From: a virus | Length of the DNA: 64,000 bases | Reading direction: 5' to 3' (one strand) | Virus record (IMG/VR): IMGVR_UViG_3300033562_000225 | Coordinates: 1-64,000 of that record | Notes under the pieces: generated by a model | The model's database searches: none | What the model was told of the DNA's origin: nothing | What the model saw: the letters and a program-made list of their open reading frames with translations, nothing else | Program-made: the position numbers and the translations under genes | Shown here: one piece after another, positions 44,533 through 54,337 of the stretch | Layout of the letters: each line of letters begins with the position of its first letter | How positions within the stretch are numbered: the stretch's first letter is position 1

Positions 44533-45339
44533 ATGAATAAAGAGAAAGAGAAACAAGATAAGCCTTCGCTATACGATCAACTCGTTGACGTATCAGCCCC
44601 TGTTCCAACAATAGTCCCAACTCCTACGGTAAAGGCTCCCGAGCCTGCTCCTGTAGTAATACCGGCACCCATAGTATCCCCACAACCAGCTGCTGCGCCT
44701 GCAATCGATATGGCTATGCTAGCCACTTTAGTAGCAACCGCAGTAAAGCAGACTTTGGAGAGTCAGAATCAGCCAGTACAGCAGTCTTATGGTGGTTCGC
44801 CTATTGCAACTCCTGATGCTGAGGATATCCTCCCCGAGGAAGATACGGTGACTTTTGCTATGCGCGGTGCCGGATGGTTCACCCGTAGTTACATCCGCAA
44901 TAACCAAACATTCGTAGCCCCTTACGGTATTATTCGTTTCGATGAGGTTATTACCGACATCGAGACCAATGCTCGAGGAGAAGAAGACGTGCTGAGAATA
45001 AGTACCTTCGCTTGCCGGTCTAAGAAAGAGTTGGCTTATCTAAGAAACCACCCTGAACTAGGCTACACCTTCACAGAGGTAGATGGAATGAATCTAGGCC
45101 AAATGATTACCAATCCTAGGTATCTGGAAACCCAGACCTCTATTTTCTACCTCAACCAGGTAAGGGCTATGGAGCCTCACCTCAAGATTCAGATGGCCCG
45201 TGAACTAGGTATCGACGTGAATAACCCAAGTGTAAACATCGACGCTGAACTTATCAATCATCGTATGAAGGATGATAAGCGCACCATGGAATCCATGAAG
45301 GCTAGAAGAGTCGAAGCACTAACCCCTAACGCTAGATAG
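44533..45339 (+). CDS. virion-associated protein with Pro/Ala-rich N-terminus
   Basis: ORF track. Called by position. Confidence 0.5.
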   Translation: MNKEKEKQDKPSLYDQLVDVSAPVPTIVPTPTVKAPEPAPVVIPAPIVSPQPAAAPAIDMAMLATLVATAVKQTLESQNQPVQQSYGGSPIATPDAEDILPEEDTVTFAMRGAGWFTRSYIRNNQTFVAPYGIIRFDEVITDIETNARGEEDVLRISTFACRSKKELAYLRNHPELGYTFTEVDGMNLGQMITNPRYLETQTSIFYLNQVRAMEPHLKIQMARELGIDVNNPSVNIDAELINHRMKDDKRTMESMKARRVEALTPNAR

Positions 45340-45340
45340 T

Positions 45341-46015
45341 ATGTTACTAGTCTCAGACCTTGTACAGGATATGCGCGCTGCTATTGATGCAGACGATACT
45401 ACCTACTACCGTGAGGATAGAGACTTTTTCCCTGCTATCAACAAAGCGGTTAGATCGGTGGTATCCCTTATGAGTAAGGTACTATCCACCAACAGGCTTT
45501 CCGACGATGCAATAAGAGAGATAAGCAAATTTGTGATTAAGGATGTGACCGAAGGGTCCATCCTTATTCCTAAAGACGAGATAAAAAATATCTGGACTAT
45601 TACCCTGGTGGCTCCTTCTCCTACAATCCAAGATGGTACTCTAAAAGACTATACCATAACGGCTGAGCGCATGAGTACTGAACGATGGGGTAAAGCTTCG
45701 GGTAATCCTTTTGAAGCAAGCAACACCGTTGTATCAGGGGATTTGGCCTCTTATGGCTACATGTCATATGCTACTCCCACAGGATTACGGATACTGATTA
45801 GACCTAATACTTCAGTAACTAAGTGTGCTATCGGGTATCTTGAAAAGGTGAAACCGGTTAATCTAACTACTGACACCGTGGCCTTGCCTGATTCAGTTTA
45901 TCAAATGGTACTTGAAAAAGCCTTATGGTTTATCTCCTACAAGCAAGGGGATAATACAACCTTGGCTCAGATGAGTGCTACCGAAGAAAGTACCTTACTA
46001 ACCTTCTTAACCTAA
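45341..46015 (+). CDS. head-tail connector/adaptor candidate
   Basis: Called by position only. Tightly coupled to its neighbours. Confidence 0.4.
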   Translation: MLLVSDLVQDMRAAIDADDTTYYREDRDFFPAINKAVRSVVSLMSKVLSTNRLSDDAIREISKFVIKDVTEGSILIPKDEIKNIWTITLVAPSPTIQDGTLKDYTITAERMSTERWGKASGNPFEASNTVVSGDLASYGYMSYATPTGLRILIRPNTSVTKCAIGYLEKVKPVNLTTDTVALPDSVYQMVLEKALWFISYKQGDNTTLAQMSATEESTLLTFLT

Positions 46016-46686
46016 TGGCTACCTATCGCTACGTTGCCCATGATATTGCACATGACCTGAAACAACTCTATGACGAGGCTCAGATTAACTTGGCTTCTAT
46101 AGTGTACTGGATGCATATCGTAGGTGATTTTTACAAGCGTCAACGGATAGATAGGTACGATGCCTATCAGTATCTCAACGTACTGTCCGACGTGATCCCG
46201 ACGGTGGCCGGTGGTAAGTCTTTTCTTACCCTACCCTCTTTTTATGATCTACTTTATGACAAAGGGATAAACTACATCGAAGTAGTTTCCGGAACTGCCA
46301 TTGATAGGTTCTCACGAATCACGGTATCTCAACTAGGCCGTATTCGTAAGAGTAAAGAAGAAGTCCCTTCAACCACTAACCGATGTTTCTATGTAGAAGG
46401 ACATAAGTTGTATCTTATGCCTACCCTAACCAATACCGATAAGGTGACCGTAGGATTATACACCTCCTTTGATACCAAGGCCGTTATTAGCCTGGATGAT
46501 GAATTTGTATTCCCACAGGACATGATACCCCGACTTAAGGCCGACCTACTTAACATGGGTCGCTTAGTCTTATCCATGCCTGACAATGCCTTAAATGACG
46601 GGACTGCTAACCCATCACAACGCCCAAGTCTTCCTACCCAACAAGTAACTGCCCCAGCCGATGAAACTCAACAGCAAAACGTTTAG
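46015..46686 (+). CDS. head-tail connector/adaptor candidate
   Basis: Called by position only. ATGA-type overlap at 46015. Confidence 0.4.
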   Translation: MATYRYVAHDIAHDLKQLYDEAQINLASIVYWMHIVGDFYKRQRIDRYDAYQYLNVLSDVIPTVAGGKSFLTLPSFYDLLYDKGINYIEVVSGTAIDRFSRITVSQLGRIRKSKEEVPSTTNRCFYVEGHKLYLMPTLTNTDKVTVGLYTSFDTKAVISLDDEFVFPQDMIPRLKADLLNMGRLVLSMPDNALNDGTANPSQRPSLPTQQVTAPADETQQQNV

Positions 46687-47407
46687 AACCGTAGACGAGG
46701 TAATAGCCGACGTAGCCTTTTCTGTAGGTGATCCCGATATCCGGATACGTACCCTTGGTTGGTACCGCGCCCGGGTTAAGCGAGCCATACAGAACTTGGC
46801 TATTCAAAGCGAATACTACCGACGTTATGCGGACATCGTTATACCTGATACCCGAATAGTCCCCCTGCCAGATGATTTTAAAACCATTCATGCTGCTTGG
46901 GGAATCAAGTTAGATGGTAGTGGTAATGTTGAAAGTACCCAACTATGCTACCCCAAAGAAGCCTTATATGCTGGCACCAAGACGTACACCTCAAGAAACA
47001 ATCCTAACGCTTTAAAAGACTACCATACCAGCCCTACAGTAATACAAGACTCCTCCTTACTATTCTACACTCAGGATGCAGGTAACTTAATACTCAGCGA
47101 AGCATCTGATAGTTTTGATAAGTTGCGACTAGACTATAGTGGGTATGGGCACGATATAACTACCGTTGGTGACGCAGCAATAATTCCGCTAGAAGCCACC
47201 GACGCAGTAGAAGGATATGTAGCCGTAATGTACCATAAATCGAGAATGGGGGAAAACCCTAACCTACGCCCAATGTACGCTCAGGCTATGAACGATCTAT
47301 ACTCACCCATGGAGGGACGAATGTCTCTATGGGATATGACTAAACGCCAATTAACCACAAGCAGCCCCGATGAGATGCAGCTGGCTATGCACAATTGGAG
47401 AAGATAA
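46661..47407 (+). CDS. structural protein
   Basis: Called by position only. 26-nt overlap with the previous gene. Confidence 0.4.
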   Translation: MKLNSKTFRTVDEVIADVAFSVGDPDIRIRTLGWYRARVKRAIQNLAIQSEYYRRYADIVIPDTRIVPLPDDFKTIHAAWGIKLDGSGNVESTQLCYPKEALYAGTKTYTSRNNPNALKDYHTSPTVIQDSSLLFYTQDAGNLILSEASDSFDKLRLDYSGYGHDITTVGDAAIIPLEATDAVEGYVAVMYHKSRMGENPNLRPMYAQAMNDLYSPMEGRMSLWDMTKRQLTTSSPDEMQLAMHNWRR

Positions 47408-47428
47408 CTCATCATGGCTCGATTAGTT

Positions 47429-47472
47429 GCCTCGGATTTAGTGCCATAACGGGATTATTTCCGAGGCTTTTT
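47429..47472 (+). terminator. terminator-like hairpin
   Basis: Stem gcctcgga (47429-47436) / tccgaggc (47460-47467), large 23-nt loop, then TTTTT. Confidence 0.5.
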
Positions 47473-47485
47473 ATTACCTACTACT

Positions 47486-50400
47486 ATGAACAATACTATC
47501 CATCCCGACAACCGACAAGTACTAACCTACGAAAAAGGGGTTAATGGGGATATTTCCCCAAGCAAGAAGTACGAAGCAGAAGGTTCCGCGTACCGGCTCA
47601 TAAACTGTCGTATTAACCCTCTCACTCACCTATTGGAGAATGTGGAAGGCATAGATACCAATGTGACTATATCCGTGCTCAGGGACGGTATAAAACCGGT
47701 TACCGCGTCTAGGACGGTACTTAATTCCGTACTCGTAGGGGATATGCAGGTGCTGGCCTTGGCCGGGGCAACCCCTTCCGACGGGCAGATCGCGATTTAC
47801 CTCAACGATCAGGTGAAGATAGTAGCACAGCATGCCGACATGGCTTTGTATGAAGGCCAAGTAGTAGACATGAGTACTGATGGTAAGGATGAAGTTTACC
47901 TATGCGGTAGCAATCAGCCTAACCTATTCTTGAGTGTCTCCGACTTGCTGGCCTCAGTAGGTACAGAAAAATACTTCACCAAGTTTGAACTTGATAAGCA
48001 TATCCCCCGGGTGGGGGCGGCCATGGGCGTACCCATGTATGTGAAGCACGAAAACATTGGATCGGCTCTAGGCTTAAAGGCTGGTTCCTACGTGTACTTT
48101 CTACGATTGGTGGACCCGGACGGTAACCGAACCCCTTGGAGCCAGTCCACCCCCTTAATACCGGTTGCCTATGATGTCCCTACAGTAAACGTGCCTGGGT
48201 ATGTGGGTACTCACCCACCCTTCGGTAATAGGGCTATTGGTGTGAAACCTAACGGCGACACATCCATGGGTATAAGACTTAGGTTTAGAGTGGATGGTAC
48301 AGCCGGTTTCTCCTATGCTGAAATAGGTAGAATGGCTTACAATACTGGTCAGCCTATAGGATTCCTGCCTAACATCGAAGTTACTAAAGTAGTTTCAGAT
48401 GCTTTTGGAGCAACTGTTAAGTTGGATTCAGTAGCCCAAGTAGTAGAGTTTATCGATACAGGTAGGACACAATACATTGCATCTGACCCAGAAGCAGACG
48501 TACTACCTTCCCAAATGGAAAATTGTAACAACGTAACCTACTACGATGGCCGAGTTATTTATTCAGGCATCAAGTATAAAAAACTCGATCTGTCTCATAG
48601 TGTCCGACTAAAGAGAACTTCGGAGTCTTCAATATATCCAAGTACTACCCCTAATACGTGTATGTATCCATTTACTGAAGACTTAGGGGCTGCCGGGCAT
48701 AGCGACATTACCAATCAAATATACAAGAAATGTGATACCCCTGGGGACTATCGCAACTATGCTATAATTTTGTGGGATGGTAAAGGAGGAAGAACTCCTG
48801 CCTTACCTTTAGATGATCTACGAGCATACAAGATGAGCAATTTGCGGGATAAGTTACTCCCCGAATCTGAGTTTGCCTCAGCCGATGCAGAAAACATGCC
48901 TAGAGTAGATAATACCATGGGTAAGACATTGGATATTTATCAATATGCAGCAGGTGCCGAATTATCTACTTACTACGGTGCCCCCAATCCGGCTAACATA
49001 GGCACCAACTCTCCGCCCGAACCTGTAAAACCTACTAGTAATGCAGTACAGTACTATAGTTTCAATAATGGATCGAGTGAAAGTGCTCTACCTAATCCAT
49101 ATAAACCAGGATTTAACTTAGGTATTCCTAGAGCCCTAGTCGCTGGTAAGAAGTGGCGGACTATAGGAAACATGTTGCAGGGAGTAGATACTTCATCCTT
49201 CCCTGATTGGGTGGATGCTTTTTCTATAGTGGCCTCAGATACTCTAGGAGCGGTGGTATTTACCGGGTTGGCTATGTACAACCCTGAGCAAAAAACTGAG
49301 AAACGTATAGATGCCCAGGGGCATGAGATCATAGAAATGCTTAAGAGCATGAATACGGTAAATGTCCATACCCCTATGTTGGATATCAACCCCGAACTGG
49401 CTCAGGCCATAATCGATAACCCAAGTAACTACAAAATGAAGTTACTTAGCCCTGTATCTTTCTTGCCTGAAATGGCTAGAAATGCTAAGACTTCAGTAGA
49501 TGCTCATAAAGCTAAGGGAGAGTTTTTAGTTAGGACCCACTATAACAATGCTTTTGTGGACGGGGCTAGAGAGATGGGGTTTGGTCTTTGGATGAATAAG
49601 GTAGGTAATTTTCATACTACGGCTGGTAAACAGTCTGCTTATGAGTTCCCTATAACATCCGCCTCCATAGTTACAAGGTGGCCTGAAAATATTGGTGGAG
49701 TCCCTAAATCCCCCATTCTATCTGTTTCTGTAGGACCTAGGGATGATATATACCCTGATCCTCTATATGCTACCCCTTATAATACCATGGATACTCGAAA
49801 CGATGACTATTACGAACCATGGTATATTGTCAACATTGTAAGAACGGCTGATTTTGATGTGGTATCTCCCAACATATCTACATACAAATCCATAGGCCAC
49901 TACCAGAAACTAAATTCAGTTATAGGTATTGGTACAGGAGCCACTCAAGAAGTACTACTTGTAGATGAGCGTCCAGAAGATGCTATAGGGGAATTTTCTA
50001 TAGCAGGGTACCTAAAAGTAGATGGAAAATGGTGGATGCATTTAAGCGTACTAGATCAGGCCATAGTAACTGCTATCACTAACAATGGGTTTTATACCTA
50101 CAAAGGAAAAGATATCTATGGCCTATACACTCATAAGTTCTACGGCAAAGATACTTACATCAAATTCTCGAATGATTGGGAAGGTGTTTCTGTGCCTGTG
50201 AATATGACTTTGCCTAGAGCAAACGCGTTGATAGAGGTAGTGTATAATAATGATAACCCAATAAAATTATTTAGTGGGGATAGCTATGTAGGTATGGCTC
50301 AATGTATGTTTGCTGAGGCTGAGTGGGAAGAAGGATCCATTACCTACGATGGGGCTACTAGTACTCGTAGGGCTATAAAAAATGAGGGGCATGATCTAGG

Positions 50401-51784
50401 GGGTAGGTTTTTATATCGTTCTCTATTACCTAGAGGATTTGGATTCAAGAATCAGACCGTCATAAATGAGCCTTCTTTATGGTACGAACCTAAAACACAA
50501 CTAATAGATAGGGCCTCTCAAGTACTAGTATCATATCCTATAATTTCCAAGGTTAATGTTAATTTAGCCTATGATGGGTACCCTGTGGTAAACTATAGAG
50601 ATACTTTGCTGGAGTACATTGTAGAGAAGCCTGAGAAGTACTTACTATCTGTATTCGGGGCTCCTTACTACAATATTTTCAGGCTCACCACTATTGGGCA
50701 GGTAGGAGGGTTTACTGCACCTAATTACAACCTAGACTACACCAGGGTACTTAGCGGCATATTCACCTCCTTACCTATTAGAGGTTTTACAGAAATAACC
50801 TATTTCCCCAACCGATTGGCTTGGAGTAATAGAAAGCAAGAGTCAGTACAGGACGTAGCCACTAATAAAACCTTCTCGGCTCTGGCTGTATTTGATTTGC
50901 CTAGTGCCTCCGGGGATATAACGTATATCACAGCAGCTAACAATGTCCTAACGGTATTTACTGAAAACGATATAGCCAAGATTCCTATTAACCGATACAC
51001 CCTGTCCAATGTCGACGGCTCCAATATGGGAGTATTACAAACCAATCGTTTCATTGGGGAGGTAGGATGGTTAAATGCTAACCTAGGTATTCCAAAAGAT
51101 AGGCGAGCCATGGTGGCCGACTTCATGGGGTCAGTGATATTCATAACCAAGGATAACGAGGCTTACCTACTAACCGATAAGTTATCACCGGTGTCTACCG
51201 GATTTCGTTGGAAGTTAAACACAATTGTGCCTAACGAAGTCTTAGGTATCGCGCGAGGATTCTATAGGAAAGACTTGGGTGAAGTATGGATACCTAATGC
51301 TACAGGCTTCATGGTGTATTCTCTATCCTATCAATCTTGGTACTCTGTAGTGTTGGATGCTTCTTACGCTTTCGTGAACCATAAGGCCCCTATATGCTTT
51401 AAAAATGGGGTATTCAAGAATCAGAACGGAACAACTGATTTTGCTAATGAGCCTTTGGCTTGTAGGGCTTACTTCGTCGCTCAGCCATTACCTTCTACGT
51501 TCAAGTCATTTGTCTATCTTAACATGTACGGAAGTAACGTAAATGAGATAGAATTGTGGGCAAATAAATATCATAACGTCATTGGAGCAACTAAAGCATA
51601 CTCTGACGTGCTAAAGGTACGAGGCAATAACCAGTGGGCATACTTCCCAAGTGATGAAAAACCCCCATACAATAGATGTCAAGCAGACTGGGTAATTATG
51701 GCTATAAAAGGTTCGCCACTTCCTATAAGCGACGGTAAATTTTCCGTAACTACCATAGAGGTAGGGAGTAATAAAATTGTATAA
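47486..51784 (+). CDS. large virion/tail protein (1432 aa)
   Basis: An uninterrupted 4.3-kb ORF in the structural operon. No catalytic motif recognised. Confidence 0.6.
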   Translation: MNNTIHPDNRQVLTYEKGVNGDISPSKKYEAEGSAYRLINCRINPLTHLLENVEGIDTNVTISVLRDGIKPVTASRTVLNSVLVGDMQVLALAGATPSDGQIAIYLNDQVKIVAQHADMALYEGQVVDMSTDGKDEVYLCGSNQPNLFLSVSDLLASVGTEKYFTKFELDKHIPRVGAAMGVPMYVKHENIGSALGLKAGSYVYFLRLVDPDGNRTPWSQSTPLIPVAYDVPTVNVPGYVGTHPPFGNRAIGVKPNGDTSMGIRLRFRVDGTAGFSYAEIGRMAYNTGQPIGFLPNIEVTKVVSDAFGATVKLDSVAQVVEFIDTGRTQYIASDPEADVLPSQMENCNNVTYYDGRVIYSGIKYKKLDLSHSVRLKRTSESSIYPSTTPNTCMYPFTEDLGAAGHSDITNQIYKKCDTPGDYRNYAIILWDGKGGRTPALPLDDLRAYKMSNLRDKLLPESEFASADAENMPRVDNTMGKTLDIYQYAAGAELSTYYGAPNPANIGTNSPPEPVKPTSNAVQYYSFNNGSSESALPNPYKPGFNLGIPRALVAGKKWRTIGNMLQGVDTSSFPDWVDAFSIVASDTLGAVVFTGLAMYNPEQKTEKRIDAQGHEIIEMLKSMNTVNVHTPMLDINPELAQAIIDNPSNYKMKLLSPVSFLPEMARNAKTSVDAHKAKGEFLVRTHYNNAFVDGAREMGFGLWMNKVGNFHTTAGKQSAYEFPITSASIVTRWPENIGGVPKSPILSVSVGPRDDIYPDPLYATPYNTMDTRNDDYYEPWYIVNIVRTADFDVVSPNISTYKSIGHYQKLNSVIGIGTGATQEVLLVDERPEDAIGEFSIAGYLKVDGKWWMHLSVLDQAIVTAITNNGFYTYKGKDIYGLYTHKFYGKDTYIKFSNDWEGVSVPVNMTLPRANALIEVVYNNDNPIKLFSGDSYVGMAQCMFAEAEWEEGSITYDGATSTRRAIKNEGHDLGGRFLYRSLLPRGFGFKNQTVINEPSLWYEPKTQLIDRASQVLVSYPIISKVNVNLAYDGYPVVNYRDTLLEYIVEKPEKYLLSVFGAPYYNIFRLTTIGQVGGFTAPNYNLDYTRVLSGIFTSLPIRGFTEITYFPNRLAWSNRKQESVQDVATNKTFSALAVFDLPSASGDITYITAANNVLTVFTENDIAKIPINRYTLSNVDGSNMGVLQTNRFIGEVGWLNANLGIPKDRRAMVADFMGSVIFITKDNEAYLLTDKLSPVSTGFRWKLNTIVPNEVLGIARGFYRKDLGEVWIPNATGFMVYSLSYQSWYSVVLDASYAFVNHKAPICFKNGVFKNQNGTTDFANEPLACRAYFVAQPLPSTFKSFVYLNMYGSNVNEIELWANKYHNVIGATKAYSDVLKVRGNNQWAYFPSDEKPPYNRCQADWVIMAIKGSPLPISDGKFSVTTIEVGSNKIV

Positions 51785-51838
51785 CATGTTGATAGTTACC
51801 TATAAAATGAGTAACTTAGACCAATAAAATAGAGCATT

Positions 51839-52597
51839 ATGGCATACGATGCAGGAGTAGGTTTATCAGGCGCAGGTACAGGAGCCTCAGTAGGGGCAGC
51901 CTTCGGTCCTATAGGTGCCGGAGTAGGTGCTGTGGCCGGTCTTGCTCTAGGATTTATGGGGCAGAAGAAGCCTGATATACCCCCACCACCCGCCGCAGTT
52001 GATCCAGCCCAACTAGCCTTCCTAGAAGAACTACGATTAAAACGTACTGCTATAGAGTCCGGGATGTCTACTGAATTTCAGTTAGGCCGTAAACTTCTAG
52101 AACAATCTCAAGCAGGTCAACTAGAGGGAGTATCCCGATTAACTGGTGGTGATGTAGGTGGAGCAGTTGCAGCATCCGAAAGAGTTACTGCTGGTACCGC
52201 CGAGGCTGTGGCTAAACTTACCGGAACGGCTACATCTCAGGCCATGCAATATACAGGATTGATTGATAAGCTCACCAGCACCATAGCACAACGTAAACTT
52301 GAAGTAGGCAATATGCTTTGGGCAACTGCTAAAGGTGAAGCCGCTGATCTAACCAAGATACAAAATCAGAACCTCATAAATGCCCTTACCTCTCCAGGAG
52401 TTACTGGAAGTATTGTAGGAGCCATAAAAGGTACAGGTGACCTGTATTCAGCCTGGCAATTTGATAGGAAAAAACAAGTTGACATAGCCCGAGGGGCTAT
52501 GACCAGTACACCTATTTCAGGCATAACTGTTCCTACCGTGTCTCCTACTATACCTATGCATAATCCTTTATTGGTAAATGCTTTAACTAATCAATAA
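51839..52597 (+). CDS. Gly/Ala-rich virion internal protein candidate
   Basis: The N-terminus GAGTGASVGAAFGPIGAGVGAVAGLALGFMG is membrane-active/TM-like. Its position is analogous to podovirus ejection proteins. Confidence 0.45.
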   Translation: MAYDAGVGLSGAGTGASVGAAFGPIGAGVGAVAGLALGFMGQKKPDIPPPPAAVDPAQLAFLEELRLKRTAIESGMSTEFQLGRKLLEQSQAGQLEGVSRLTGGDVGGAVAASERVTAGTAEAVAKLTGTATSQAMQYTGLIDKLTSTIAQRKLEVGNMLWATAKGEAADLTKIQNQNLINALTSPGVTGSIVGAIKGTGDLYSAWQFDRKKQVDIARGAMTSTPISGITVPTVSPTIPMHNPLLVNALTNQ

Positions 52598-54321
52598 TGG
52601 CAACAACCCCTAACGTTCCCAAAGCACAGGCTTCCTTAAATAGTTTAATGGAGACTGTTAGACTAGGTAAGCCTATGGCTGAGGCTGCTGCTGAGGCCTA
52701 CATAGGACGATACCCCGACCCTACCCAACGCTCTACTCAAATAGGTTCTGTGTCTGGTAGTATGATCGGATCTGTTCCTATTTTCGGATCAGGTGCTCCT
52801 GTAGTCCCTGTGGAGAATATAGATAAAATGTATTTGCTACAGCAGCAGGCTAAACTTCGACAGAAAGCCGAGGATGATGCTGTACTGGGGGAGGTAAGAC
52901 CTTACTACGAACTAGCCACGGCTACAGCAAGTAAGAAGTTCAACGCCCTAGTCAATCTCAAAGTTCAAGGGGAATATACTAAGACTTATGCTTCCTTTGC
53001 AGGCCAGCCCAATGCCGAGATTAAAACAAGAAAGGCTATAGCGGCCAATCCTGAGTTTCATACGGCTGTGTCTGATACTACTGTTTTTCAGAAGCAATGG
53101 AACAATACTTATTCAGACGTATTAGTGTTCATGGCTATGGACCCTACAAACAAAGATGGTAAATCATCCGGATTTATAGCCCCCAGTATTCGTAAGAAAC
53201 TACAAGAGTTTATCAATACCCCTGAATCCTTGTTAGAAACTGCTGAGAAGACAGGTACGTTTGATTTAACTAGTGCCTCCAAAAGTTTAGACAATATCAG
53301 GGTACTTCTAAAGCCTATGCAGGATGTATCAGTGTCTGTAAAAACCTATGTGGACGAACTAGCGGCTACAGTTAATGAGACCTTACCTAGGAAGATACGA
53401 TCCACTAACCAAGCCGACTTGATGGCTGCTATAAAGACAGAGTATTATGAGGCTAAGCCGGAAGAATACGCTGAGCGGATCATGCAAGCTCATTATGCTG
53501 ACCTTCCCGAAGAGGACAAGGCCGCTACTAAGGCTATGATTACAAAAATGGTGGATGATCAGATAGCAACTAAGGTTACAAATACCGTTTCCACTATGAA
53601 CAACGGGCTATTGGCTAGGGCTCAGTGGGAATACGAGAAGAAAAAAGAAATGCCTATTGTTACCACTCAGCATATAGGATATAACATAACGGATGCTCAA
53701 GGTAGGCAACATGCTCGCAAGTTAACCGTGCCCGACTTTGTCCCTACCCAGCAGAAGCCTATACAGTATGCCTTCACTGGGGCCCAAACTTTATACGACC
53801 CTTCTACAGGTGATTATATTCTACCTGCTCAAGGGGTATCCACTCAGGCTAATATATCTGGGTTAGGTACATATAAAAAACGCTTTACTCGGAATGAAGG
53901 AGATATAGCCCTCACCACTTTTGGTGGAGGCCAGTCTTGGAGTAGACGTAGTAATCAGGTTAATGGCCACATGGCCTTTATGACTTTAGGTGTTCCTAAA
54001 GAGCAGCAAGTAAGAGAATCTACCCAAGTACCTACAGATGAGTTTATAAAAACACCTGGAGGCAAAAAACAGTTATTAAGAACTGAGACTAGTAGACAAC
54101 ACCAGACAATCAAGGCCCGAGTTTATAATGCAGCCACTAATAAATGGACTTCTGTAGACAATTACGATATCGAAGGTAAAACTTTCATAACTGATTCACG
54201 AAATGTTACAGGGGCTTTAGGACGGGCTGACACAGGCATAGCCGTATGGTTAGACTCCCAAGGAGGAGAGGTACCTCAATCTAAGCAGTTCAATTCATCA
54301 GAAGATTTCCCATCAAAATAA
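52597..54321 (+). CDS. virion internal protein candidate (574 aa)
   Basis: Called by position only. ATGA-type overlap at 52597. Confidence 0.45.
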   Translation: MATTPNVPKAQASLNSLMETVRLGKPMAEAAAEAYIGRYPDPTQRSTQIGSVSGSMIGSVPIFGSGAPVVPVENIDKMYLLQQQAKLRQKAEDDAVLGEVRPYYELATATASKKFNALVNLKVQGEYTKTYASFAGQPNAEIKTRKAIAANPEFHTAVSDTTVFQKQWNNTYSDVLVFMAMDPTNKDGKSSGFIAPSIRKKLQEFINTPESLLETAEKTGTFDLTSASKSLDNIRVLLKPMQDVSVSVKTYVDELAATVNETLPRKIRSTNQADLMAAIKTEYYEAKPEEYAERIMQAHYADLPEEDKAATKAMITKMVDDQIATKVTNTVSTMNNGLLARAQWEYEKKKEMPIVTTQHIGYNITDAQGRQHARKLTVPDFVPTQQKPIQYAFTGAQTLYDPSTGDYILPAQGVSTQANISGLGTYKKRFTRNEGDIALTTFGGGQSWSRRSNQVNGHMAFMTLGVPKEQQVRESTQVPTDEFIKTPGGKKQLLRTETSRQHQTIKARVYNAATNKWTSVDNYDIEGKTFITDSRNVTGALGRADTGIAVWLDSQGGEVPQSKQFNSSEDFPSK

Positions 54322-54337
54322 AAGAAAATAAAGAGCC

